DNA from: an uncultured virus (IMG/VR IMGVR_UViG_3300021963_006795)
Taxonomy: Duplodnaviria > Heunggongvirae > Uroviricota > Caudoviricetes
Length of the DNA: 20,000 nt
Strand: one strand, 5' to 3'
Virus record (IMG/VR): IMGVR_UViG_3300021963_006795
Numbering within the stretch: position 1 is the first letter of the stretch; every line of letters starts with the position of its first letter. Made by a program: the position numbers and the translations under genes. This document shows, piece by piece, positions 1-8,316 of the stretch. The notes beneath the pieces are model-generated. The model was not told the DNA's origin. It saw nothing but the letters and a program-made list of their open reading frames with translations, and made no database searches.

Positions 1-75
1 AGAGAATGGCAGTGTTGCCGTACTGGTTGTAACCGCTGCTAAAAGAGGCAGGGCTACTGTAAAGAAATTTTGCAC
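1..75 (-). CDS. 5' end of a truncated gene with a signal-peptide-like N-terminus (possibly a secreted or cell-wall enzyme)
   Basis: GTG at 75 opens VQNFFTVALPLLAAVTTSTATLPFS, which runs off the window edge. Hydrophobic N-terminus, downstream of a promoter and a structured leader. Confidence 0.5.
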   Translation of the reverse strand, partial: MQNFFTVALPLLAAVTTSTATLPFS

Positions 76-82
76 TAAATTT

Positions 83-155
83 AATTGAACTCTACATCCG
101 TATAGGCAAAGGAGAAGTTCCTCTTTCTCAAGAGGCAGTGCCCACGGCTCTAATT
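83..155 (-). ncRNA. Candidate structured 5' leader RNA
   Basis: Minus-strand pairings AAUU-A-GAGC/GUUC-AAUU, CCGU/ACGG and GGGCA/UGCCU, plus a CCUCUU-GAGA-AAGAGG GNRA hairpin. GC-rich relative to its flanks. Confidence 0.5.
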
Positions 156-175
156 GTCACGATCAAAGTCTTATA

Positions 176-203
176 ACAAAAAACCCACCTTTAAAAGTGG
201 GTT
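176..203 (-). terminator. Rho-independent terminator ending the hli/petF/peroxiredoxin transcript
   Basis: AACCCAC-TTTTAAAG-GTGGGTT followed by TTTT on the minus strand. Confidence 0.7.
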
Positions 204-209
204 AAAAAC

Positions 210-238
210 ATTATAAGTTAATATTTATTACTTGTCAA
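210..238 (-). promoter_or_regulatory. sigma70-type promoter with an embedded late-type ATAAATA
   Basis: TTGACA (238-233), 17 bp, TATAAT (215-210): perfect consensus. Confidence 0.75.
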
Positions 239-246
239 ATTACGGA

Positions 247-753
247 TTACCGACCTTTTAGATAAGTTAGAATATTTTCTGGAGTGCTTACTTCATAAGG
301 ATCTTCTTCAACATTATCATGCATTCCAAATTCTACAAAATCTTTTTCAAGTTTCATATCATTATATACTGCAGCATAACGCCAAGAACGAATACCAAAT
401 CCAAGATTTGATTTCATAACTGTCATACCAAGAGACCTAGTTAGATATGCATTTCCATCAGGAATTAATTTTACATTTTCAATTCCTTGATCTTTTGCCC
501 AAGCATTCATTACAAATGGATCATTTACTGATACACAGTAAACTTCATCAATACCTTGACTGATAATTTCATTATATTCTTTTTCAAATCCAGGTAATTG
601 AAATGAACTGCATGTTGGCGTAAATGCTCCAGGCAATCCAAAGATTACTACTCGCTTTTTGGAAAATAAATCATTTGTAGTTTTAGTTACAAACTCATTA
701 TTTTCACGAAATACAATTCGACAGGTAGAAATATATTCAGAAAGGTTAGTCAT
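247..753 (-). CDS. Peroxiredoxin (Prx5/redoxin family)
   Basis: PGAFTPTCS peroxidatic motif, CVSVNDPFVMNAW, RSWRYA. The ATG at 753 lies just after the hli stop, so the ORF-track start at 762 is probably too long. Confidence 0.9.
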   Translation of the reverse strand: MTNLSEYISTCRIVFRENNEFVTKTTNDLFSKKRVVIFGLPGAFTPTCSSFQLPGFEKEYNEIISQGIDEVYCVSVNDPFVMNAWAKDQGIENVKLIPDGNAYLTRSLGMTVMKSNLGFGIRSWRYAAVYNDMKLEKDFVEFGMHDNVEEDPYEVSTPENILTYLKGR

Positions 754-755
754 AT

Positions 756-875
756 TCACCAAACTCCAGGAATAATTTGACCAGTAGTAAGATAAGTGCC
801 AACAGCGATAATGAAACCAAGCATCGCTAGACGACCGTTGAGGATCTCTGCCTCAGGTGTAAATCCAAATTTCAT
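756..875 (-). CDS. hli: High-light-inducible protein, 39 aa (not in the ORF track)
   Basis: Manual translation MKFGFTPEAEILNGRLAMLGFIIAVGTYLTTGQIIPGVW, with the ExxNGRxAMxG motif and TGQIIPG tail. AGGAG RBS upstream. Confidence 0.95.
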   Translation of the reverse strand: MKFGFTPEAEILNGRLAMLGFIIAVGTYLTTGQIIPGVW

Positions 876-887
876 TTCGTTTCTCCT

Positions 888-1073
888 TTATTTTACTTTG
901 GAATAGATAGATGTTTCACCATAATCACGGTGAATTTTGTAACCAACAACTGCTCCCTTAGTGTTCATAAGTGCAGGCATAAAGACAATTGTAAAAAATA
1001 CTGCTGGTGCTCCAATAAACAGAGCAGCAACGATTACATAGTAAGTCAGCAGTTCAACTAGAGAGTGTTCCAT
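888..1073 (-). CDS. Small membrane protein, hypothetical
   Basis: [35 protein letters not shown]..., one long hydrophobic segment. ATG at 1073 overlaps the end of the upstream ORF. Confidence 0.7.
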   Translation of the reverse strand: MEHSLVELLTYYVIVAALFIGAPAVFFTIVFMPALMNTKGAVVGYKIHRDYGETSIYSKVK

Positions 1074-1368
1074 TATAAGGGTGTTGTTGTTTGAGTTCAG
1101 GATTTGGTTGTGAAGGAACAACTGGGTTCCTTGATTTGTTTTTAATTACGATGAATGCATCGTTTTGATAAGTGACTGTTCCAAAAGGTTTTGCCCATTT
1201 TGGATTTGCGTTTGGACTAGTAGCAGTTCCTGTTACTGCTACTCCACCGATCTCAACAGAAAGTTCGTCATTGGCATCCCATCCAAGTTCTTGGAGGGCA
1301 ATAGCAAATTGTCCTAACATTCCAGGAGTGCCCATAACGCGCTCCTCTGGTTCAAGGTTGCCAATCAC
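1054..1368 (-). CDS. Hypothetical protein, 104 aa
   Basis: ORF track. GTG start overlaps the petF stop (GTGA). Confidence 0.7.
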   Translation of the reverse strand: MIGNLEPEERVMGTPGMLGQFAIALQELGWDANDELSVEIGGVAVTGTATSPNANPKWAKPFGTVTYQNDAFIVIKNKSRNPVVPSQPNPELKQQHPYNGTLSS

Positions 1369-1658
1369 AGATTTTCTTCCTGTTCAGTAAGGATAACACA
1401 ATCGCTGGTAGGATAAGCAACGCAAGTAAGAATCCAACCTTCCGCTTGTTGCTCATCATCAAGGAACGATTGTTCTTCATTGTCAACTGTACCAGAAACT
1501 AGTTTACCAGCACATGCAGAACAAGCTCCAGCACGACAGGATGAAGGAAGGTCAATACCTGCTTCTTCTGCTGCTTCAAGAATGTACTGATCATCAGCAC
1601 ATTGAATTGTAGCTTCAGTACCACCAGGAGATTGGAGAGTAATGTTAAAAACTGTCAT
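1365..1658 (-). CDS. petF: Plant-type [2Fe-2S] ferredoxin
   Basis: [10 protein letters not shown]...LTCVAYP cluster motif and QSFLDD. ATG at 1658. Confidence 0.97.
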   Translation of the reverse strand: MTVFNITLQSPGGTEATIQCADDQYILEAAEEAGIDLPSSCRAGACSACAGKLVSGTVDNEEQSFLDDEQQAEGWILTCVAYPTSDCVILTEQEENL

Positions 1659-1744
1659 TAGTAGGTTTCGCAAATTTTTTCAACAGATGCTGCCAATAAA
1701 ACTAAAAAGGCAACTGATGTCAGTGTAAATAAAAATGATGTCAT
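1658..1744 (-). CDS. 28-aa single-helix membrane peptide (not in the ORF track)
   Basis: [35 protein letters not shown] upstream, TAATG overlap with the petF start. Confidence 0.7.
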   Translation of the reverse strand: MTSFLFTLTSVAFLVLLAASVEKICETY

Positions 1745-1758
1745 TGTCAAGTCCTATG

Positions 1759-1953
1759 TCAGAAAATTCCAAAAAATAGTTTTCCAGTAAATGCGTAAGA
1801 AATAGCACCAGCAATGATTCCCATCATTGCCCAGCGACCATTGTACTTTTCCTTTACTTGATTGGGAGTATCCATACCGTAGTTTTCATAATACATTGCA
1901 GGTTCTTTAGCAAACATATTCATTTGCCCGAACTCGTTTTTTGTTACCGTCAT
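1759..1953 (-). CDS. hli: High-light-inducible protein with N-terminal extension
   Basis: EKYNGRWAMMG motif and C-terminal TGKLFFGIF. Confidence 0.9.
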   Translation of the reverse strand: MTVTKNEFGQMNMFAKEPAMYYENYGMDTPNQVKEKYNGRWAMMGIIAGAISYAFTGKLFFGIF

Positions 1954-1979
1954 TATCTTTTGTAAAGATTTACAACAAC

Positions 1980-2008
1980 AGTATATATAACACTTTTAGA
2001 TTTGTCAA
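1980..2008 (-). promoter_or_regulatory. sigma70-type promoter for the hli-petF-hli-peroxiredoxin unit
   Basis: TTGACA (2008-2003), 17 bp, TATACT (1985-1980). Confidence 0.75.
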
Positions 2009-2808
2009 GAGGTTTCTTGAGTTTGATTTGACGGATTTGTGATTCTACCTAGATAAGGATCATAATCCATTAAGAAACTAATATCGAATTTTGATCCTTG
2101 AGTTTCCCAAAAACCAAACTGCGCTTCATAATTTTTCTTATGAAATACATCTACATGTTCCGGATGAATAGATGATCCTAGTTCTGTTCTATAGAGAAGA
2201 AGTGGAATAGAATAAGTATTTCCAGAATTATACAAAAGATCATCTGCAACTGGACGAGGTTTCATTCCATTATCAAGTCTATACTTATCAACACCTTTAA
2301 TGTGATGTTTGATAAGTTTTTCAGCATGATGTCGATTAATCAAATAACATGCTGTAGAGAAGTCATTTACAAACCTCTTATGAAGTCTAACATGGATATC
2401 TCCAGTACAAATAATAGCAATCTGAACAACATCCCAATCGTAAGGAATTCTTGAATAAAAATCATTCCAAGTAAAGTTCCAATATCTTACCAGATCCAAA
2501 CTACAATCATCTTCCATAATGATTGCATAAGGACTATCAGATGTATCGTACCAGTGTTTGATTGCTTTTAAGTGTGATGTAATACATCCAATTTCACCAG
2601 AAGTAACGCTTGGAGGATATGTGCCTTTTAAGATGCTACCAAGGTCATCTTCTCTACCATCATATGCAGAGATACGAGTATAGTTTTGAATCTCCCAATA
2701 TTTAAATTGATCTTCCATATATTGTTTTCTTTCCGGTTGACCGTCAAGATTTATATAATAGATTGGACCAATATTTCTTAGTTTGTAAGTAGATTTATTT
2801 TTATCCAT
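2005..2808 (-). CDS. Glycosyltransferase family 25
   Basis: IYYINL...ERK, RISAYDG, GEIGCITSH, IIMEDD, ACYLINRHHAEKL, PVAD are all typical GT25 motifs. Confidence 0.9.
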   Translation of the reverse strand: MDKNKSTYKLRNIGPIYYINLDGQPERKQYMEDQFKYWEIQNYTRISAYDGREDDLGSILKGTYPPSVTSGEIGCITSHLKAIKHWYDTSDSPYAIIMEDDCSLDLVRYWNFTWNDFYSRIPYDWDVVQIAIICTGDIHVRLHKRFVNDFSTACYLINRHHAEKLIKHHIKGVDKYRLDNGMKPRPVADDLLYNSGNTYSIPLLLYRTELGSSIHPEHVDVFHKKNYEAQFGFWETQGSKFDISFLMDYDPYLGRITNPSNQTQETS

Positions 2809-3595
2809 TAATCTTTTTTAGTAATAAAGAAGTTTTAAGAAATGAACTAGGTGAATTGATAATAATATTCGTTCTTGATAAAATTGTCAAATCAATTAAA
2901 GAGTCAATAACACTTTCTTTAGTTCTTTCAACATTATCACACCAAGAAGAATTTTCATTTACTTTCTCAACATAATGATCTTTTTCTCTGATAATAACAT
3001 TATCAAGTTGATTGAATTTTTGTTCGGTTGATTTGTCATCAGACAAGACAAAGAATTTATTTTCTTGTTGATTCTGAATCCATTTATATTCTCTATCAAA
3101 TTTAGGAACAACTGTATCAAAATCAGTTGCTCTTAGATGAACTCCAATAGTAAATTCATCAATTTCATTTTCAACAATAAACTCATTTGACTTATCCAAA
3201 TACAGAGACTTGAAAGGTATAGTTTTACCAGATTCGATTACCAAACTCTCATCCATCCAATCTGGAATCCAGTTATTATTATAAACATAATTTCCATCGT
3301 CCAATATAGGAAGACTTTCAATTCCAGAAAATGAATTAATATTATAATTCTTTTTTCCGACTACAAAATCTTGATGCATAATAAGGATGCAATCAGTAAA
3401 ATTTTGTAGAGGTTCATCTATAACTGCGATTTCTTTATTGTCAAAGATTTCATCAAAAGATAACCTACATGCAGATGTATCTCTCCAATTTACAACTGGA
3501 ATAAGATTGTAGTGATTAGATACTGCAAGACCACCTAGAAGAGTTCCATACCTATTTCCAAACCCACCATCACAATAAATGAATAGTTTGTTCAT
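2801..3595 (-). CDS. Putative fucosyltransferase (GT-B fold, NodZ/GT23/GT11-like)
   Basis: GGFGNR, IGVHLRATD, FFVLSDD, DLTILS...SSF. Confidence 0.75.
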   Translation of the reverse strand: MNKLFIYCDGGFGNRYGTLLGGLAVSNHYNLIPVVNWRDTSACRLSFDEIFDNKEIAVIDEPLQNFTDCILIMHQDFVVGKKNYNINSFSGIESLPILDDGNYVYNNNWIPDWMDESLVIESGKTIPFKSLYLDKSNEFIVENEIDEFTIGVHLRATDFDTVVPKFDREYKWIQNQQENKFFVLSDDKSTEQKFNQLDNVIIREKDHYVEKVNENSSWCDNVERTKESVIDSLIDLTILSRTNIIINSPSSFLKTSLLLKKING

Positions 3596-4179
3596 GTTAC
3601 AGCAATTAATCTATCATCAGTTTTTTTGTGTAGATCTAGTTCAACAATATGCACTTCTCTATCAGGATAAAGACCTAGAATAAAATCACGAAGATCTGTA
3701 GCATTCTCTGCAGTTTGAACATCTTCACAAATATAAATTCCACCCTCATTTAGATATGGAAAATAATTCTCAAAGTTCTTCATTTGCTGAGTAAGTTGAT
3801 GATTCGCATCATCAATAATAATATCAAAACTTAGATCTTGAAAATGCCCTTCAATAAGAGTTGGACTTTCGCAGTCAAAATTGAATAGAGTAATTCTTTG
3901 ATGACTGTTTACATCTGCCATTACAGCATCACCATCAACAGGTTCAAACTGGTAATGCCACTGACCATCTTTCTGTGAGAAATCTTCTACTCCATAAATC
4001 TGAGAATTTTCAAAATACTTTTCCCACATCTTTAGAGAACCACCGAATAGAACTCCAATCTCAAGAACATTAAGTTCTTCAGTTCTACGATCAGAAAAAG
4101 TTTGCTCATACCAATCAATATATGAGTGTGCAGTTCCTTTATCAGTTTTAAACTGGGTATGAATATCAGTTAATTTCAT
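3592..4179 (-). CDS. Class I SAM-dependent methyltransferase (sugar O-methyltransferase-like)
   Basis: TDK..HSY..Y, VLEIGV..GGSL.MW, FDIIIDD..H, LNEGGIYICED. ATG at 4179. Confidence 0.85.
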   Translation of the reverse strand: MKLTDIHTQFKTDKGTAHSYIDWYEQTFSDRRTEELNVLEIGVLFGGSLKMWEKYFENSQIYGVEDFSQKDGQWHYQFEPVDGDAVMADVNSHQRITLFNFDCESPTLIEGHFQDLSFDIIIDDANHQLTQQMKNFENYFPYLNEGGIYICEDVQTAENATDLRDFILGLYPDREVHIVELDLHKKTDDRLIAVT

Positions 4180-4966
4180 ATGATTCTCTCCATTGATCAT
4201 AAAGTTCTTCATTTAAATATTGATCTACTTCTAGATCCATTGATGATTGATTTTGAACAGACATTACTCTTCGTTCAAAATTAGTCACAGGATCATCTTT
4301 AGTAGACCCATTACTCTTAAAGTGAACAGTGTAAGTTTCATCTGTCAATTCAGAATCAGCACATACTTCAAGTTCATTCAAATATCCAATATTAAGATCA
4401 GAACTTTCTCTAAGAATAGTGTTCATTGCTGGTGTTTCGTGAGGGAATGGTGTTCCATTCTCACCAAATTCTTTCATTTTATTAATCCACTTCTGAACAA
4501 AAATCTTTGACTTTTGTGGATTATTAAAGACTACAAAACTAGCAATCTCACTAATAAAGATTCCATCAGCACGAGTATGTCCACCAGTTTTCATAGTGGT
4601 TACTTGAATATCATACTCAGTATTAATGAGAGATTCAATATCTTTCATAACACAAACATCACTATCAATCATCACAACAGGATGATCAAAGTCAATCATA
4701 TGAAATAGTTTATTCAAAGTTTGAGTTTTCATTTGAGTTGCTTTTACCCAACCTTCAGAATGAACTCCACTATATTCATCAGAACAGTCTGTATCTAAAA
4801 TACTAATTTTATTTTTACTAGCAATAGATTTGCGATATTCACCGAGTCCACTATCTGCAACATAAATCCTATCAATATTTTTACAGTTTTTTAGAACTGA
4901 ACTTGTGAAAATATCAAGGAAGGGATAATAAGACTTATTCGCTGTTGTAAAAATACTATACTTCAT
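4166..4966 (-). CDS. GT-A glycosyltransferase (nucleotide-diphospho-sugar transferase/GT77-like)
   Basis: VVMIDSDV DxD motif preceded by W...K. Glycan operon context. Confidence 0.7.
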   Translation of the reverse strand: MKYSIFTTANKSYYPFLDIFTSSVLKNCKNIDRIYVADSGLGEYRKSIASKNKISILDTDCSDEYSGVHSEGWVKATQMKTQTLNKLFHMIDFDHPVVMIDSDVCVMKDIESLINTEYDIQVTTMKTGGHTRADGIFISEIASFVVFNNPQKSKIFVQKWINKMKEFGENGTPFPHETPAMNTILRESSDLNIGYLNELEVCADSELTDETYTVHFKSNGSTKDDPVTNFERRVMSVQNQSSMDLEVDQYLNEELYDQWRESYEIN

Positions 4967-5505
4967 TTAACCACTTGAGCAACGATAATGTCATTAGGTA
5001 CATGACCATTTTCATATGATACCTCATACTTATTATTAATGGCAAATACCCTTTCAACAATCTCTTCTTCAGAAATTTCCCATCCCCAGGTGCTCCCTTT
5101 ATCACCAAAAAGACGACGATCATCAATTAGAAGAGTATTAGTTTTAGTTTTTAATTTAGAAATTTCTTCTAGTTCAAAAGGCAGAGGACATTTATATTGA
5201 CCCTCTACATCTCCATCCCAGTGAGCATCTAACCAGAATGTAGTCTTACCACTAATCTTTTTTAGAACATCACCAAAAACCTCAAAGGTATCACCTTCAA
5301 TAATAGTAACTCTACCTTCTTCGATTTCATTGGCAAATTTTTCTCTATTAAATTGCGCCTTTTCAGGATCAATCTCAATAGAATAGATCTTTTCAAATCC
5401 ACACTCTAGTGCAACTTCAACTGCTTCTCCCCAGAGTGTACCAGTTTCCACAAAATTTTTGTTCTTATATTTACTAAGAACTTCTTTTGACAATGTAGTG
5501 CTCAT
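4963..5505 (-). CDS. Putative SAM-dependent methyltransferase
   Basis: FVETGT..G, IYSIEID, IEGDT, FWLDAH, LIDD.R. Confidence 0.8.
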   Translation of the reverse strand: MSTTLSKEVLSKYKNKNFVETGTLWGEAVEVALECGFEKIYSIEIDPEKAQFNREKFANEIEEGRVTIIEGDTFEVFGDVLKKISGKTTFWLDAHWDGDVEGQYKCPLPFELEEISKLKTKTNTLLIDDRRLFGDKGSTWGWEISEEEIVERVFAINNKYEVSYENGHVPNDIIVAQVVK

Positions 5506-6827
5506 TAAAATCCTCGCTTAATATCAGGTTCAAATGGATAGTTTGATGTAGTCAGGTATTCATGAAGAACTGACTTATATTTTGAATTCTTAAGTGTATG
5601 GTCTAACCATAAAAATTCTTGTACCACATATTTATCCAGATATGGGTAACGGGTTTCGATGCCATAAGATCCAGCAACATACTCTTCTTTTGCTAAGTAT
5701 GAAACCATCGTGCTTCCATAGAAGGACGCCCAAGGGAAAATGGTAGACAAGTCTTCTGGAAATAATCCTCCAAAGTTACTATGAAGAAATTTCTTTTCTC
5801 CATTAAATCCATAATCAGAAAAGATTTCATCGGATCCAGAACCAGAAAGATAAACTTTTTTACCTTCTTTTCTAGCAGTATCACAGATCATAGACAATCC
5901 ACAAGAACCATTATCATCCTGAAGTCGTCTATCAAACTCATTATAATCGCTACTTGAAGAATAGATACGATATTTAAATTCTTCTACATTACGGTTGATG
6001 TAATCACGATATTGCCAACGATTATCCTGCAAGTATTGTCCAGAAGAATTGTCATTAAACATGGAGAATCTTTTGTCCAAGACTTCTTGATTCTCATGTC
6101 CAACTACGGCATATGCTTTATAAGGAACATTCTGTTTGTTCAATTCACATGCAATCCCACCGCTATCATATCCACTTGAAAGTCCAATAAAAATACTTTC
6201 ACGAAGATTCCTAGTGCGCTTACTAACAGAGTTTTCAAATGCAGCAATCCAATCAGAGAAATCTGTTTTGTGCTGAGTTAAATCAAAGTCATATACATTA
6301 AACTGATCAACCTGTTCTCTTGTTTGGAGATTATAAACCTGAGCAATATTTGCATCTAGTTTAGTTACATTAGTAAACCCAAGAGACTTTACTGCAGACT
6401 CATAACTAGCAACTGCTAGTTTCTCTCCGATAGAAAACCATAAAGGTTTGGTTGCAAATACATCCGTAGAAATAATAAACTTTTCATTTTTAAAATCTAC
6501 AAGAGCAATAGCAAACTCTCCATCAAGTTTTTTTACAAACTTATCACCATACTTTTTGTATAGTGGAATCAAACATTCACCATCAGATTTATAATCTCCA
6601 AAATCTTGATAATTATAAATCTGCCCATTATAAACACAGACGATTTGATCGTCATAATCCACGAATGGTTGTTCAGTAAACTCTCCAGTAATTGATAGAA
6701 TATTATGAACGAAAGTATATCCATTCACATCAATACTATTCGTAGAGTCTGGTCCACGAAACTTCATGAAATGATTTGTATATTCCAAATCATCTACTTC
6801 TTTATCGGTAAAAAGAAAACTACACAT
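5505..6827 (-). CDS. Asparagine synthetase-like (AsnB) glutamine amidotransferase, probably glycan-modifying
   Basis: N-terminal nucleophile Cys2 (MCSF), RGPD, NGQIYN, LDGEFA, LSSGYDS PP-loop, SGSGSDEIF, ETRYPYLD. Confidence 0.9.
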   Translation of the reverse strand: MCSFLFTDKEVDDLEYTNHFMKFRGPDSTNSIDVNGYTFVHNILSITGEFTEQPFVDYDDQIVCVYNGQIYNYQDFGDYKSDGECLIPLYKKYGDKFVKKLDGEFAIALVDFKNEKFIISTDVFATKPLWFSIGEKLAVASYESAVKSLGFTNVTKLDANIAQVYNLQTREQVDQFNVYDFDLTQHKTDFSDWIAAFENSVSKRTRNLRESIFIGLSSGYDSGGIACELNKQNVPYKAYAVVGHENQEVLDKRFSMFNDNSSGQYLQDNRWQYRDYINRNVEEFKYRIYSSSSDYNEFDRRLQDDNGSCGLSMICDTARKEGKKVYLSGSGSDEIFSDYGFNGEKKFLHSNFGGLFPEDLSTIFPWASFYGSTMVSYLAKEEYVAGSYGIETRYPYLDKYVVQEFLWLDHTLKNSKYKSVLHEYLTTSNYPFEPDIKRGF

Positions 6828-7501
6828 TATCCCCTTCTATTATGATTGGATGTTACTATTTGTGGCATTATAGAATTACCTCTAATTGTGTTTGCTCTGC
6901 CTGGCATAATGGAAGGTTTAATACCAAGTTGATGACAAACGAAAGGAAAACTAATTTGATCTCTTGATGAGAACATACAGATTTGTTCCCACCACATCAT
7001 ACCCATTCTTTGGGTCAATTCAGTATTCCTTTGCACTCTTACTGGAAGTTCATATAAACCATTGTCCTCAGGATAACACATATCCCTATAGAAATCAAGT
7101 TGATCTTCAATTAGATTGGGATAATCAAATCCAATCTGTTTGACCAACTCTCCTTCTTTATATACACAATTCCTTTCTGGGTGTTTGAAAACTGCAACAT
7201 CACTATCATTTAAATAAGTATCAATTACAGTTTTTGGATCTGCTTCCAAAACATGAGTAGAATCTATCCAGAAATAATAATCATATCCTGGAGCAAATAA
7301 AAAAGGAAGCACCTTATAGATTTTGGCGTTCCTTCTATTTTTATATTTTGGATCTGAAGAAAACTCTGCTGCCTTCTTTACAGACCATCCAGATACATTT
7401 GTTTGTCTATCAGAAAAGGCAAAATAATCTACTCCATCATGAGGTTTGATTGGGAGTAAATTATTTGTACCAATTGATGCTGTTAATACTGCTATCCTCA
7501 T
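6827..7501 (-). CDS. DUF616 (TOD1/MUCI70-like) glycosyltransferase
   Basis: K.LP.LF...YDY..WID, FKHPERNCVY.E, W.EQI...SSRDQISF. Confidence 0.8.
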   Translation of the reverse strand: MRIAVLTASIGTNNLLPIKPHDGVDYFAFSDRQTNVSGWSVKKAAEFSSDPKYKNRRNAKIYKVLPFLFAPGYDYYFWIDSTHVLEADPKTVIDTYLNDSDVAVFKHPERNCVYKEGELVKQIGFDYPNLIEDQLDFYRDMCYPEDNGLYELPVRVQRNTELTQRMGMMWWEQICMFSSRDQISFPFVCHQLGIKPSIMPGRANTIRGNSIMPQIVTSNHNRRG

Positions 7502-8316
7502 ACACGAACTCTAGTCAAATAATATTCCTGACTTTTAATATATCTAGACAATTCATCAGAAGACATTTGTTGCACCCTTTCCCACTCTCTGTTATTACTT
7601 TCCATGTGAGGATTATTGAACCAAGAGTTTTCAGATCTAACATGTTCTAGATGATAGACAGTATCATTGACTCTATGAACTGCATATCCAAGTGTCACAA
7701 ATCTAAAGTATCTCTCAACATCTTCTGGAGCATATGCTACAAAGTTTTCATTTTCTAAACCACCTTCGATGTAAACATCTCGATTAAAAAATTGACAGAA
7801 ACCATACTTAGAATAATAATCTTTGGATTTAGATTCTAAAACTTTTAAATCAAAGTCATTATTCAAAAAGTCTGATACCAATTCATCAGTAGCAAATACT
7901 TGTTTTTGATATTCACCATCACCATAAGGATATACTACATCAGAATTTCCATTCAGGATATTATTATAAGCAAACACATATGATTTAATAGGAAGAATAA
8001 TATCACAATCATAATTTACTACAACTTTTGTAGTAGAGTCCATGATCATATCATTAAGAACTCTTTGACGATGAAATGCAGGTGAGTCTGATTGTTCAAA
8101 TATATGCTTAATACATGAAACATCTTCACAAAATTCAGTGATCTGTGGAAGAGCATCTCTAGCAAAAACAGATTCTTTATCAACTTCCTTTACAATAATA
8201 TTAGTATCAAAGTTGGAAATGATATAACAAAGACTAGTGATAATATTTCTTAGTCTATCAGAACTTTCAATCCTAATAGGAACAATGAAAGTTGCTTCTT
8301 TTAAATCAATTTTCAT
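7498..8316 (-). CDS. Glycosyltransferase (GT2/GT7-like)
   Basis: TFIVPIR...DRLRN, NYDCD, GGLENENF.AY.PED.ER. Confidence 0.8.
   Translation of the reverse strand: MKIDLKEATFIVPIRIESSDRLRNIITSLCYIISNFDTNIIVKEVDKESVFARDALPQITEFCEDVSCIKHIFEQSDSPAFHRQRVLNDMIMDSTTKVVVNYDCDIILPIKSYVFAYNNILNGNSDVVYPYGDGEYQKQVFATDELVSDFLNNDFDLKVLESKSKDYYSKYGFCQFFNRDVYIEGGLENENFVAYAPEDVERYFRFVTLGYAVHRVNDTVYHLEHVRSENSWFNNPHMESNNREWERVQQMSSDELSRYIKSQEYYLTRVRV

Noticed and set aside
1960..1975. NtcA box upstream of hli
   Set aside because: The spacing is GTA-N6-TAC, not the required GTA-N8-TAC.
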